Assembly (NCBI GenBank): GCA_022813965.1
Contig: JALDZS010000184.1
Span: 1 to 45,683 of the forward strand
Source: Toensbergia leucococca
Taxonomy: Eukaryota
Length of the DNA: 45,683 nucleotides
Direction: 5' to 3'
Positions within the stretch are counted from its first letter, which is position 1, and every line of letters begins with the position of its first letter. The notes below the pieces were generated by a model that saw only the letters and a program-made list of their open reading frames with translations, was not told the origin of the DNA and did not search any database. This document shows, piece after piece, positions 24,342-35,997 of the stretch. Position numbers and translations under genes: made by a program.

Positions 24342-25251
24342 CGAGTCAGCTCTTGAAAGCTGCCCGTTACACTCTCCTTAGAGAAGCATGCGATTGCGAG
24401 AGAATCCCCAGAATCAGAAGGATGGTGCAAAGGTTATGAAACTTACCTGCCGAAGCAGAAGTTACTGCCTGGTTCAAGAGTGGGTTAGTAGCCTTATGAC
24501 TCCTAAGCCCTCTAAGCGATCACGAGGGCCTTTCCTGGCCGCTGATTACCCCGTTGCTCAGACTGAGTACGATGAGGAGGGCGATCACTGGAGCGAAGAA
24601 GAATTATGCACAGCGGCGAGGTTCAGTCGTAGTCATGATCAAGGCAGGGTAGGTAAGGTAGGCATCGACGCGGAAGGAGGGGTGGTGGATGTGAGTGCCT
24701 GGAACCCCGCGCTAGCCTTTCGGCAGCGCAGATACGTGTTACTTATCGCAGTGTATTCAATACCACATAATAAAAAATCGTGCTTGACAAGGTGACGAGC
24801 TTGAGCAGCTATCAATGAGGCGCTTTTTCAAAAGTCAGTTACTCTCACAATGTACAAGCAAGCGGCAACTGAAAGCTCTTGAATATGCTACGAGTAGGAC
24901 TGTTGAGATCAGGATGTCTCAGGTCTGACTCTGCTCCCTGCCTCCTTTCCAAAAGTGTTTTCTTCTTTGTGATTGGCTAGAAAGGTAGAGCAAGCTTAAT
25001 AAATTTGAGCTTCCACCTTGTCCCGAAAGCCAGCGTTCTCTGAGTGTAGGAGAGCAAAAAGATTTGATTATGACATGCTTCGGCTTGAGTTGCTGCGTTT
25101 CTCAACCCAACTAGACCTCACATGGAGTCCCAAAAACGCCGCCACCAATGCTTAAAAACAACGAGACTAGAAACGCTTCCTGGTATAAGCTGGCAGTGGA
25201 ACATAGCAAAGAATTGAAAAAGGAATACCGTTGAAAGTGCAAGTGCAAGTG

Positions 25252-26989
25252 CTATGCAGATGCCCAGCCGCCAACAACATCAACCCATTCATTTAGACAA
25301 CTGCCCAATTTACCCTCCACATCGACTATGTCGGTATCACATTTGCATCTGCATCCAACCCCATTCTCTTTAGGTGAGTCAAACGAATCCCAGTAATCAT
25401 CTTCCTCTTTCCGCTTCTTCTCATCCCTGGTAGTCATCTCAAGGAAAGGGATCCTCGGGAGCTGCCGCGAACCTGGAGCATTTGCTGGACAGTGCTGAAT
25501 TGTTGTATGCCGGTACCCAAAATCGCGGAAGTAGTGGATATCCTTGGGTGCTAGTAGAGCACCTGCCGCGAGTGAATGAATGGGTGCATCTCCCCACTAT
25601 GCTTCCCGTTAGACCATTCCCATATCGAGGGTAGTGCATGAACTACTTACTCTCTCCATCCAGAAACCACCGCTCCGATCCATCATGTCGAAGAATTCTC
25701 CATACTCCTTACTTCTAAACCAGTCCAACTTTGCAATTTCAAAGTTGCTCCAGAAATGACACATGTTGTATTTTTCGCCCTCCATTGCTTCCGGATCAAC
25801 GTCTGGTAATCCACCTCGGCCGCGTTCGGTGCTGAGGATCTGTTCAGGCAACGGCCGTTTGTATTTCGGATCGTCTGTTGGAAGCGATTTCGGTTCCTCG
25901 GGTGGTGATTCAATGAACATCTCCCATAATCCTTGAGAAGTTATATTGTTCTTACGCTTGAAAGCTGATGCGTAGCGGAATATATTCGGCACCGTCTCTT
26001 TCAGCTCTTTGACTGCAATGGTAAATCCGTATGTTTTATTGGCACGGTCCATATGGATGAAGGGATCACTAGTAGCTGTTAGGTCATTTACCTGGCATTC
26101 GAATCGTCTGTAACTCACTAGGTTATATCACAGAAATACTTGATTTCTGGTTCCAGTCGCCAATACCATTCGTACTTCTGCAGGAGTTCATGTTTATAAA
26201 AGAATCTTACTAATGGTTAGCGATTGATAAACATTGTCTGTGGTCAACGAACCCTGAGTAAAACCTGCACATATGATGATAGCTTTCCATTCCCCCGTAC
26301 ATTATAGCCTCATCTCCTTGCTCTCTGATACCTTCCCTGGCGCCATCATGGTCGACCCAATCAGGATATCCCCACATACTCGGGTCTATTTTGCCAAATT
26401 CCACAGGCGCACTCGTGTAGTTTGAAATGGTGTCCTTGAAGGTCGAATTGAAGTCGCCGTCGTTAAGGAACACATACGGGTAGTGGAACCACCGATTGAA
26501 GTGCCTTTCGATAGATTTTACGGACTGTATCACACCCTCCAGCTCTTTATTTCGTGCTAAAACCACAAAGGCGGCATTCGCTCGCGGGCCGTCATTCTGG
26601 GGCTCGAGGCACCCGGTCACGAACACTTTGTCTTCTTTCTCGCGGATTTTCCTATAGAATAACGATTAGCTCTTATTCATGTTACGGGTTGGAGGTAGAG
26701 TAAACATTGCGTACCTCACAAACGGGGGAGCACCGGCCGGCATTAGTATACTCGCAGTCGAAGAGGGATGTCGGACAACAAGGACAAGAATTAGAATGAT
26801 AACTATGCAGGGAAAAAGAAGTACAGCTCCAAGCGGTATTGAGATCTTCGAATTGCCTTTTAGGCGTATTCGTCTTCTAAAAAAAGCTAATCTGGGTGAT
26901 ATCCGATCTTTTTGGCGTGATAGATCCCCAAGGGAAGGAAGGCTTGGCGATGAAGGTATCCTCCTCGCCAGATTCTGAACCAACCCCAT
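25252..26989 (-). CDS. GT15 alpha-1,2-mannosyltransferase (Kre2/Ktr family, Ktr5-like), multi-exon
   Basis: Type II TM anchor; RANAAFVVLARN, FHYPYVFLND, ESYHHMCRFYSG, YWRLEP, YNMCHFWSNFEIA, WGDAP. Confidence 0.92.
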
Positions 26990-27944
26990 CGCTGAGAAAT
27001 TGCAAAGCCGTCTATCGATAGCTTAATAGCCCGGAGGTGAAGGCTTCTGGTAGGTTCCTAGCTGTTGGGGCGTGTCGCAGAGCTCAAGGGACGATTAAAT
27101 ACTAAGTGATAGAGAATCGAGAATACGTATCGCGGCTCTGAGCCTGAGTGTAGGTATGTTACTGCAGGTTGATTTGAAGGATGCGAAACGAGCGGCTGGA
27201 GTAATTGCTCCGGTACACGAGAATTGTGATCTTCAGCTCAGTGTTTCTGACTCCGTCGAGGCCAAGTTGAACAAACCATCGAGAAAGTCTCGTCGTTGGA
27301 TATGCAAGATCCGTTGGCGGTATTGCCGTGGAGTCAAGTCTTCGTTAATGATAGGAGGTTTCGGTAGATTACGGTGGCATAGGTAAGCATCAGGGATGTG
27401 TTACAGTCTCACAATGTAAGTGCAGCCGAGGGACGCAGGTTGGTTTAGTTCGAGAGCAGGACAGAATGAGTTCTTCTACGACGGCAAAGCGATGAGTAGA
27501 AGAAAGGCAAGAGTACAAGAATTGCTGGGGCCGTAGACCAGAAAATAGACCTCGCCCCAGAGAAAATGAACAAGGACTCGTAATTCCGCCAAGGCACTAG
27601 CTGCAACTTTCCAACAATACTCCGTCGAGGTACGGAGTACTCGTAAGGTAATCGTGCCAAGGAATTTATACTCGCTCGATCATTTCATTCAGGCTCGCCA
27701 CAAACGGTTAAACGGGTAATGTTTCGTGGGGAATCGAACGAAATGACGCCTCAACCTTTCTACTTCACTTGGTTTATTTGACTGCTTTTATCAAAAGCCT
27801 TCATAGCCGTGATTAGGCACAACTTGTAAAAGTTTTTCTAATCAAATACCTACCTATTCGTACTGCCACTCGTATAATTTTCATGTCACTGGCTCACTGG
27901 GTGTACCTCAATTCTCCCGCGACCGAGGCTCAAAACCCCTCACA

Positions 27945-28517
27945 ATGAGTTTCAATGCTAAAAATCTCAGTTATGGTATGTCCGCTAGGCCGATGGTGTG
28001 GCTGGTACTTAATTCTCCGATAGAATCCAAAGAACCAAACTTCCTTCGAAAACTTAGAAGCGAGGTTGGACGAGGTATATCAGACCGGCATGAACGTCCT
28101 TTAGCCAGACCAAAGATGCAAAAAAATGAGGATGAGGATGACCAGCCTACATATGTCGATGAGGACAGCCATGATACTATTTCAAAAGCAGATTACGATA
28201 CGTTAACAAGTCGCAGCAATGATCATACGGAGGAGCATGGTCAGGATCTCGCAATCAAGAGACCTCTTAATCAGTCCAATGGCAATCTCGAGAAAGACGT
28301 CGATAAGTCGAATGAGCCTCGACTCCCAGACACCACAAATCAAGGAATGACCGTGATTGGCACGTCTTATAAGAAAAGGTTGGCCAAGATTGTTGTGGAG
28401 GACGATGACAGGCGCGAAACGGAGCAACGCAAAGATCTCTACTCTGACGGGAAAAAACCAAAAGTGAAGAAGAGCAAAAAAGTCAAGCTGTCTTTCGATG
28501 AAGCAGCAGAAATGTGA
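27945..28517 (+). CDS. Small conserved charged protein (DUF4604-type), one intron near 27977-28023
   Basis: MSFNAKNLSY|ESKEPNFLRKLR...EDDQPTYVDE...KKVKLSFDE. Confidence 0.75.
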   Translation: MSFNAKNLSYGMSARPMVWLVLNSPIESKEPNFLRKLRSEVGRGISDRHERPLARPKMQKNEDEDDQPTYVDEDSHDTISKADYDTLTSRSNDHTEEHGQDLAIKRPLNQSNGNLEKDVDKSNEPRLPDTTNQGMTVIGTSYKKRLAKIVVEDDDRRETEQRKDLYSDGKKPKVKKSKKVKLSFDEAAEM

Positions 28518-28696
28518 GGCTTTAAGAGTGTAGCCATATATTGGCTTCATTCATACAAAATGAACTAGACTATGACTTATTTAGTCGCCTATTGTGGGCT
28601 AGGAAAGAAAATGTTGTTTGGAAGGCTTTTTTTACTGGTAAGAATCATGCTACTCCGTGATGAGATCATGCACCAGTAACCCCTACTTTATATCTT

Positions 28697-29899
28697 TCAT
28701 CTCCCAAGCCTTTTCTGTTCTCGATTATAGGCTCGAATCCTTGCTTGACCAATCATATTGTTTCTCTTCACGTCCATCTCCTGTACGTTCATTCGATGTT
28801 TCGTAGACTGATAGCGAAATTGATCGTGATTCCTCTCCGCCGTGAGCCGGCTCTATTGAGATTGCGTCATCACCTTCTGCCTGTTGATTTGAGCATTTTG
28901 ACGCAACACCATCTCGTTTGTCTAAACCTTCTCCGCAACTTGCTACTGATGCATTCGCCGGCCCGAGATAAGAGCGAGTTCTCTCGAGCGCTGCGATTCA
29001 GTCTCTTTCTGACGGGCCTGGCGCCATTCAATCTGCGATTGGAGATTGGCTTGGCTGGTTTGGATCTGCTGTCTTTGCTCGCTCTCTTTCCTTCTGTACA
29101 TGACTGTCTGCTGGTGATCTTGCTCCCGATAATACTGCTTCTGGGCGGCTATCATTTCGTTGTGGTGCAATTGGGACTCGCGTTGTGCCTGGCCCATTTC
29201 CGCTTTTTGCAGGGCGATTTGTTCCGCCCGCTGCAACAACGCTGCCAAATCCTCTTTCTACTCAGCTAGATTTTTCTCGCGAATATTTCTCTTCTCCTTA
29301 AATTCGCGGATGTCATCCGGCAGGCCCTTAGCGTCGTCGGGCTGCTCCATCTCAATGGTTGCGTAATAACGATCTACAGCTCCGTGGTCCTTCGGCAGTC
29401 TATGCAAAGCTTGGGCGTGCTTTTCTGGCCCTCGTAGCACCATCCTGGTAACATAATCTGTCGGTGAGTAGTGATAATCTCCAGCCTGGTAAGTGTTTGC
29501 GTCGTCATTTATGGTACCCCACAGGACTCTTTCAACCAGAGCCCGAGTGGCTGAGACACGATCGAGATTATCGAGAGCGAGAAAGATTGTCGTCTTTCCG
29601 TGGCATTTCTTCAGTGTTAGACCACGAGGAATCAGAGGATTCGGAGCAAGAGGATCCAGAAGAGTCAGACCACGAGGAGTCAGAGCATGAGGATCTAGAG
29701 GACGAGGAATCAGAGGACGAGTCAGAGGACGAGGATCCAGAGGACGAGAAGCCAGGGGACGAGGAGCCAGAGGATGATCAGCCCGAAGAGGAGGACCAGG
29801 ATGATGGCTCAGAAGAGGAGCTTGAGGAATACGAGCCACAAAACAATTACCAGGAAGAGGAACCTGGCCATAGTGAGTAGAAAATCCCTGAACCATCAT
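28697..29899 (-). pseudogene. Pseudogene of a Gln-rich coiled-coil protein with four in-frame TAG stops
   Basis: One frame from ATG 29899 to TGA 28697, interrupted only by TAG at 29258-60, 28943-45, 28922-24 and 28853-55. Confidence 0.6.
29625..29812. repeat. Degenerate ~15-bp minisatellite (GAGGAnCCAGAGGAC-like)
   Basis: Units such as gaggatctagaggac, gaggaatcagaggac, gaggatccagaggac, gagaagccaggggac, gaggagccagaggat. Confidence 0.8.
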
Positions 29900-29910
29900 C
29901 GATATCTCTA

Positions 29911-30579
29911 CCGTATAATCTGTCATATAAGATACTAATCTTATAGTCCGTTCATCGTCTGAAGTCCAATTGGAACCATATCTTATAGCAGAGTATTTCT
30001 TTTAAACAAACCATATCTTATACTCAGTCCTCGGGCAAGGTCTAAGCTAAGAATCAATACATTCACTTGAGAAATTCACCATACTCGCTACCAACCTCCC
30101 TAACACATCCCCGCCTCATCTTTACACATCTCATCTGTACACATCTATCTAGTCATGGGACCCCCTCATACTCCCTCAAAGGGACAGATCAAATCCCCTA
30201 CTAAGGATTCCCGTCGTCATCGTCCTGGGCCCCTTCCCATCAGCATCATGAATAGAAGTGTTAAATCTTCTCGTTCTCATTCTCATATCTCTTCTTCTGT
30301 AGCTTCTCTTGTTGAAACTCAGACTGTCACTTCCTTTGTCTATCAGTCCTCTCAACAAGAGCAAGAGTCTCAGGATGACAGTGATGATGAGGATGATGAT
30401 GAGGATGATGATGAGGATGATGATGAGGAGGTGGAATACATACCTGAGACACCCCCCCACATGTAGATATTATCTTATAGACCAAAACTCTCTCGGTCTG
30501 TAGAAATCAATTTGGAACCATATCTTATAGCGGAGTATATCTTGTAAGCCGACCATATCTTATATGACAGATTATACGG
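29911..30579. mobile_element. Non-autonomous Tc1/mariner-type element, 669 bp, TA target-site duplication
   Basis: Perfect 24-bp TIR CCGTATAATCTGTCATATAAGATA (29911-29934) and its reverse complement (30556-30579), flanked by TA at 29909-10 and 30580-81; internal ORF 30155-30466. Confidence 0.85.
30375..30430 (+). repeat. (GAT/GAG)n repeat encoding a poly-acidic tract
   Basis: gatgatgaggatgatgatgaggatgatgatgaggatgatgatgaggag inside the element ORF. Confidence 0.85.
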
Positions 30580-32266
30580 TAGTTTGTAAGCGTCAGGGCT
30601 GCTTTTGGCCACTAAGACAGTGACCCCAAATTTCTTCTCGACACCAGTTCCGAAGCCTTTGACTCATCTGAATGTTAACTTGTTAATTTAGATAAGTCTT
30701 GTACATGTTGCGTTTTCATCTGCGTCATTTGGTTGTCAATCGCGGTCTGAGATGGCTCAAGCGGCGAAATACTTCGCGTTCACGGTGAAACATCAATCCG
30801 TCCAGGACTGCTATTGCACTGCAACAGCCAAATTTGGCTAATTCGGAGAAAAGGAGGGGAACAATTATCACGCGGGCTTGACGCGCCTCCATGGGTTTTT
30901 GGGGACGGTGGCATTTCATTTCGAAAGCGACAGGATTCTTATAGCAGGGCAAGGTCAAAGGACCATGTATCAGACCTCAGGCGAGGGAAGCGTAGGTGTG
31001 TGATGTGTAAATCATCATTTTGGAAAGGTGGTGAAGATATCCTTCGCGTAGGAGAGATGGTTTTTGTAGAATCCTATTTATCCATTTCCACAATTTTGGA
31101 AAGGTCCGTTTTGTCGTTGACATCCAGGTAGCAGTCTTTGCGGCAGGACACTTTACCTTTTCGGCTGAAAGACGTTGCTAGTAGACTTCCATCCATGCAA
31201 AGATTGAGCCGCTCTAAAGGAAAAAGTCGCTCTGGCTTGTGCAGCGATACGTGAATCAGCGGCCGTTGCATGTAATGACAAGAGTTTGAGGGAAGAGGGA
31301 AATTGCAAGACCCATTTGCACACCGACAATATTTAGCAAAGGCGAGGATTTTCATGGTCGATACTCACTGGGTAGCCTGGGCTTTCATTCTGCATTCTAA
31401 AACGGCAAGTGAGGTAGGTATTGATGGATATATTAGAGAGCAAGAGATACGCTGCCGCATATCCTGAGGGCGTGTAATGAGGCAGCCATTCAAGTCATAG
31501 ATTTTTCATTTCGATGATCGTTATACTCGCTACTCTCTCGGAAACAAGGCTCGCATACCTTGACAACGGTCTCACGTGTCTCGTTGCCTATTCCTAGAGA
31601 TCTCTCAGAGTAAAGCGTCAGAACACGGTTACGAGATTAAGGGTATGATTGTTGCTTACAGCCTGGGCCACGCTATCAGATGCCATCCGGAACGTAGGAC
31701 TCATGAACATCATCAAGCACTTGATCTCCAATGGATCCGATGTGGTTCCTTGAAAGTCCTAGGTGAATAGTGGATTCACGTGATCAAGTTCTTCATGTGG
31801 ATGCACGTAGGAACGGGAGCCCTCAGAGGACCACAATAAGTCAGAGTAGCAAGTAGGTCACTCTACTTTGAGGTGATGACACAAAGGATGGTACGGAAAC
31901 AGGCAAACCCGGACTGCTTAGAGGGTACGTCATCTTGCAAAGAAGTTGAGTGTGAGGTTAGCAGGGGTTGTTTGACTGATTTGTTAAAGGTCATGCTCGT
32001 ATAGTGGTGCCTTTGAGTTGATCAGAAAGCCATTTGTCCTATCAGAGAAAGTGGGTGAGAAGTAAGACGGAATTGTGAGATATATTTGAAGAAGGAAAAG
32101 GCTAGGATGAAATGAGGCGGACAGGACCGTTTCCACAGGTAAATAAAAATGACTACACAGGATATGCTCAGGTGTCTTAGTGAAGATGAAGGCATACTGA
32201 ATAGACGCTGTTGAGTTGAAATAAGATAAGTCTCGCCGCATTGATTTGTCTAATATCAAAGACAAA

Positions 32267-33310
32267 ATGACCTTTGCACCCTTGGCCTGGCTAGCAAAGT
32301 GGGTACCATTTCGGCTCGACGCGCTTGGGCTTGTCACCATGCTCGGCGCTGATGAGATGAACATGACCATTGGCAACCTCGTTCACAAAGGGCTAGTCAA
32401 ATATCTACCTCTGCTCAGCGCCTCCATAATCAATGGCAATCGCTTCACATCTCCGCTAGCAGGCTTCACTCTCTACAATGTGACTGACGGGATCATGGCT
32501 TCAGCTCTTGCAGGTTGGTCTACACGCTGGTTGCTGGCGCAGAATTTGACGAGGAACCGGACGACATTGTTAATGGGCGTGCGACATTGTAGGCGTTCTA
32601 TGTCAGTAAAAGAAACATGAGCTGTTGCCGTCGGATTGTTGGTCAATATCATGCTCGTTGCGCTCTTGGCCTTGATGTATGATTGGTTTGGGCTTCTAAA
32701 CGGTATTGCCATGATGGTATCTGTTCTTGTCCAATGGTACTTGATCAAGGAAAATCGGGACGCAATAGATCGCAGCGCTGACGGCTGCACCAAGCTTGAC
32801 TTGGTCAAGGTCTTTGTCAGTCTCTCGGATGGCCATGTTGTTACAATCCACGCGCCTCGCAGCTTGGAAGTAGGTTGCTTCTTGACTCAGCCTATTCCAT
32901 GACATCCTCGACAGTACATGTCTCTGAGGGCATTAGGCTGGACTGCCTTCGCAATCCATCTGATCTGCATTGGCTTGGTAACCCTGGTCATCTCAACATT
33001 GAGTGTGGTCGTACTGATTTCAGCGAGGGTTATTACGACTTACGGAGTAGGTGATGATAAGCATTCTATCGGCAGTTGAATTTGCATTTATCGAGTCGAC
33101 TACTTGGACGATCCAGACACTCGCTCCCCAGCCTCTGCATGTCTTCATCTTTCAATTAATGAGGAAAATGCCATGCTGGCATGGACACTGTTTTCCCAGC
33201 GTAGCAACAAGGTCTGGTCGAAAAGGTATCGCAAATTAAAGACCTCGGAGGAGAAAGTGAGTCGAGAAAATCCGTCGGATTGGAGCGATCAGAGTACCAA
33301 AGAGCTTTGA
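32267..33310 (+). pseudogene. Pseudogene of a multi-TM fungal hypothetical protein with three in-frame TGA stops
   Basis: MTFAPLAWLAKWVPFRLDALGLVTMLGA...GFTLYNVTDGI runs in one frame to TGA 33308-10, with internal TGA at 32618, 32900 and 33077; several hydrophobic segments. Confidence 0.7.
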
Positions 33311-33446
33311 AGTTTGATGAACTCGAAAGTTCTAGTATTTCATTGAAGTTGGGGATCCACTACCATGAGATTCCCTTGGATAGTCACGATGACGACTACT
33401 GCTGTCTCCTGGTAGAAATTAGAATATGATACTGTGAATATTTCAA

Positions 33447-34080
33447 GGGTGGTGATACATGGACACCCCCTTTTGATACAAGGACACCCCCCCCCGGCCT
33501 CGGGCGCAATACCACCGAGGGAAAATCTATCATTTCGCACCACATCTTGCATTGATTCCCCACCACCTTTGCATGCCTTATACCTCATGATTCCGCGTGC
33601 CATCTATCACCTTCACTGCAGTCCTACAGGAGCCCGTGGTGTGATAGAACAACAGGCCTTTGATAGGGGTACACAGCGTGAATCTTCTGAATTTGAATGA
33701 AAAGAAGGCCAGGGTGAGCGAGGATCTAGAGGGGGACAAGGACTTAGAGGGGGGTGAGGTGAAGTTCCTGTAGATAACAGGGTGTTTCATGATTTTAGAA
33801 GGAGGTGATTCAGAATCACGATGTTTTTTGCGCCCGGGGAGGTGATCGTGCGCCCGGGGGTGGGGGAATCAAGTCAGGATGTGATACAAAAGCATGATTT
33901 TTCTCCTAGGTAATTTGGCTTCTAGATGGCACGCAAATGAAACAACTAAATAGCTTGCAAAGTGGTAGAGAATTGAGGTAGGATGTGGTGCGAAATGATA
34001 GATTTTCCTTCGGTGGTATTACGCCCAAGAGGGGAGGGGGTGTCCTTGTATCAAAAGGGGGTGTCCATGTATCACCACCC
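33447..34080. mobile_element. Non-autonomous long-TIR element (probably Mutator-like), 634 bp
   Basis: GGGTGGTGATACATGGACACCCCCTTTTGATACAAGGACACCCCC at 33447 is exactly inverted at 34080; imperfect inversion extends ~130 bp. Flanking 9-mers ATATTTCAA / ATTTTTTAG may be a decayed TSD. Confidence 0.85.
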
Positions 34081-34352
34081 ATTTTTTAGAATAAAAGGTT
34101 TCCTAGGGGAAAAAGTTGACCGCCGATTGTTTGGTGAGAACTCGCTAAGCCATCGGCCCTAAGGTAGCCTCGTTTAGAAGATTTAGCTTGAAAGACTCTA
34201 AAATCCACCAATCAGCTGGCTGTACAGGATACGGATAAAGTTGGAACTTTTACGCGACTATCCATACGGAATGTACCTAGTCACCTAGTACAGAGTATTT
34301 GAGCACAACTTACCAGTTCTCGGTAACAGTCGAAGATTTCACAACATCAATC

Positions 34353-35997
34353 ATGTTGTGTGCAAGTAGGTCAATGAAAGCTGTCATCAGTGTTATGAAG
34401 CTGGAACTAATGCGGCTGTAGTCTCTGGCGAAGCTCCTCAGGTCCCAGTAGCTTCGCGCAAAAGTGGTATGTCAGAATCGTGTACCTCAGGAAGGCAAGC
34501 TAATTGAAGTAGGCACTATATTTGAAAAACGTCTGATTGAGGCTTACATATCAGAGAATGGCAAGGACCCTGTAACAAACGAAGACCTCACCACAGAAGA
34601 CTTGATAGACCTAAAGTCAGCAAGAATCGTCCGACCTCGACCCCCAACACTGACCTCAATTCCATCACTTCTGTCTGTGTTTCAGAACGAGTGGGACGCG
34701 TTGGTGCAAGAAACATCCACTCTTCGGCAACACTTGACGCAAGCGAGGCAAGAGCTAGCAACAGCTCTGTACCAGCAGGATGCGGCAACGAGAGTCATGG
34801 CAAGATTGTCACGAGAAAGAGATGAGGCTCGCGAAGCTCTATCAAAAATCACCGTCAACGGTGGGCCGGCGACTGATGGAGATGCTATGCAGGTAGATGG
34901 ACAAGCACTTTCCGAGGCCCTCGTTGCGACTGTGGATGCCACGCAACAACGGTATGCTGAACCCTGGTCAATCGAGTTTAATTATGCGAGGGAGGCGAGA
35001 CTGACTTTTCCATTAGACTATCAAAAACTCGACGGAAACGAGCTGTCCCGGATGATTGGAACACAGCTGAGAGCATTCAGACGTTTACCCCCATTGAGAC
35101 TTCCAAGCCCCTCTATCCCGGCGTCCGGTCGATCTCGCTAGATGAAAGCTACGATTTGGTTCTGCTAGGTGGGACTGAGGAAGCTGCTGGTGTATTCTCA
35201 ATCAAACAAAAACAGGCAGTACGCTCGCTCCCTGGTGGAATTGGAGCTGTGACAGGTACTTTGTGGGCTGGAAACAAGGCTGCCATTGCCTCATCTACTG
35301 GTGCGGTCAAAATTTTCGACAACGAAGCCGAGGTCTGTAGTTTCTCCGCTCATACGGGGGAAGTGAAAGCCCTCGCAATGCACCCAAGTGGCGAGATCTT
35401 AGCCTCAGTCGGCGTTGACAAAAGCTACGTCTTCTACGACCTTACATCTTCTGCACTAGCTACTCAAGTCTACACAAACTCCTGTAAGTCAACTTACACG
35501 GCACAAAGCATGCATAGACTAACATTTACAAAGCCTTGAATGCTGCTGGATTTCATCCTGACGGCCATCTATTCGCCGCTGGTGGGGTTGACGGGCAAAT
35601 TAAATTGTATGAAGTCAAATCCGGAGCCAACGCCGCGAATTTCGATGCATCAGGCCCAATTCAATCTTTATCGTTTTCCGAAAATGGTACTTGGCTCGCC
35701 GCGGTTGTCCAGAACCAGACAACCATTGGTATTTGGGACCTTCGAAAAGCAGCTCAGATCAAGTCGCTCGATACAGGCAGCCAAATTGAGTGTATTCGAT
35801 GGGACTATACCGGTCAATTCCTGGCGATTGCAGGACCAAACGGACTTGCGGTACAACAATACTCCAAGTCATCAAAGGAGTGGTCGGAGTTGTTGAGGAG
35901 TGCAGTACCGGCAGTTGCAGCCGAGTGGGGCTCGAGGGCACAGAGCTTGATATCTGTTAATGCAGACGGAGTCATCACAGTTTTGGGAATGCGATAA
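34353..35997 (+). CDS. PRP19: Pre-mRNA splicing factor Prp19/Cwf8 (U-box, coiled coil, WD40), multi-exon
   Basis: MLCA|ISGEAPQVPVASRKSG|TIFEKRLIEAYISENGKDPVT...RPRPPTLTSIPSLLSVFQNEWDAL, followed by WD40 repeats (FHPDGHLFAAG, FSENGTWLA). Confidence 0.95.

Noticed and set aside
24388..24795. 135-aa ORF between the 886-aa gene and the mannosyltransferase
   Set aside because: Lies over the promoter/leader of the minus-strand gene; no recognisable homology.
32267..33310. Selenoprotein or alternative genetic code explaining the in-frame TGA codons
   Set aside because: Other genes here end in TGA (TAF14, phosducin-like, RING protein); ascomycetes are not known to have Sec machinery; the contexts are not redox motifs.
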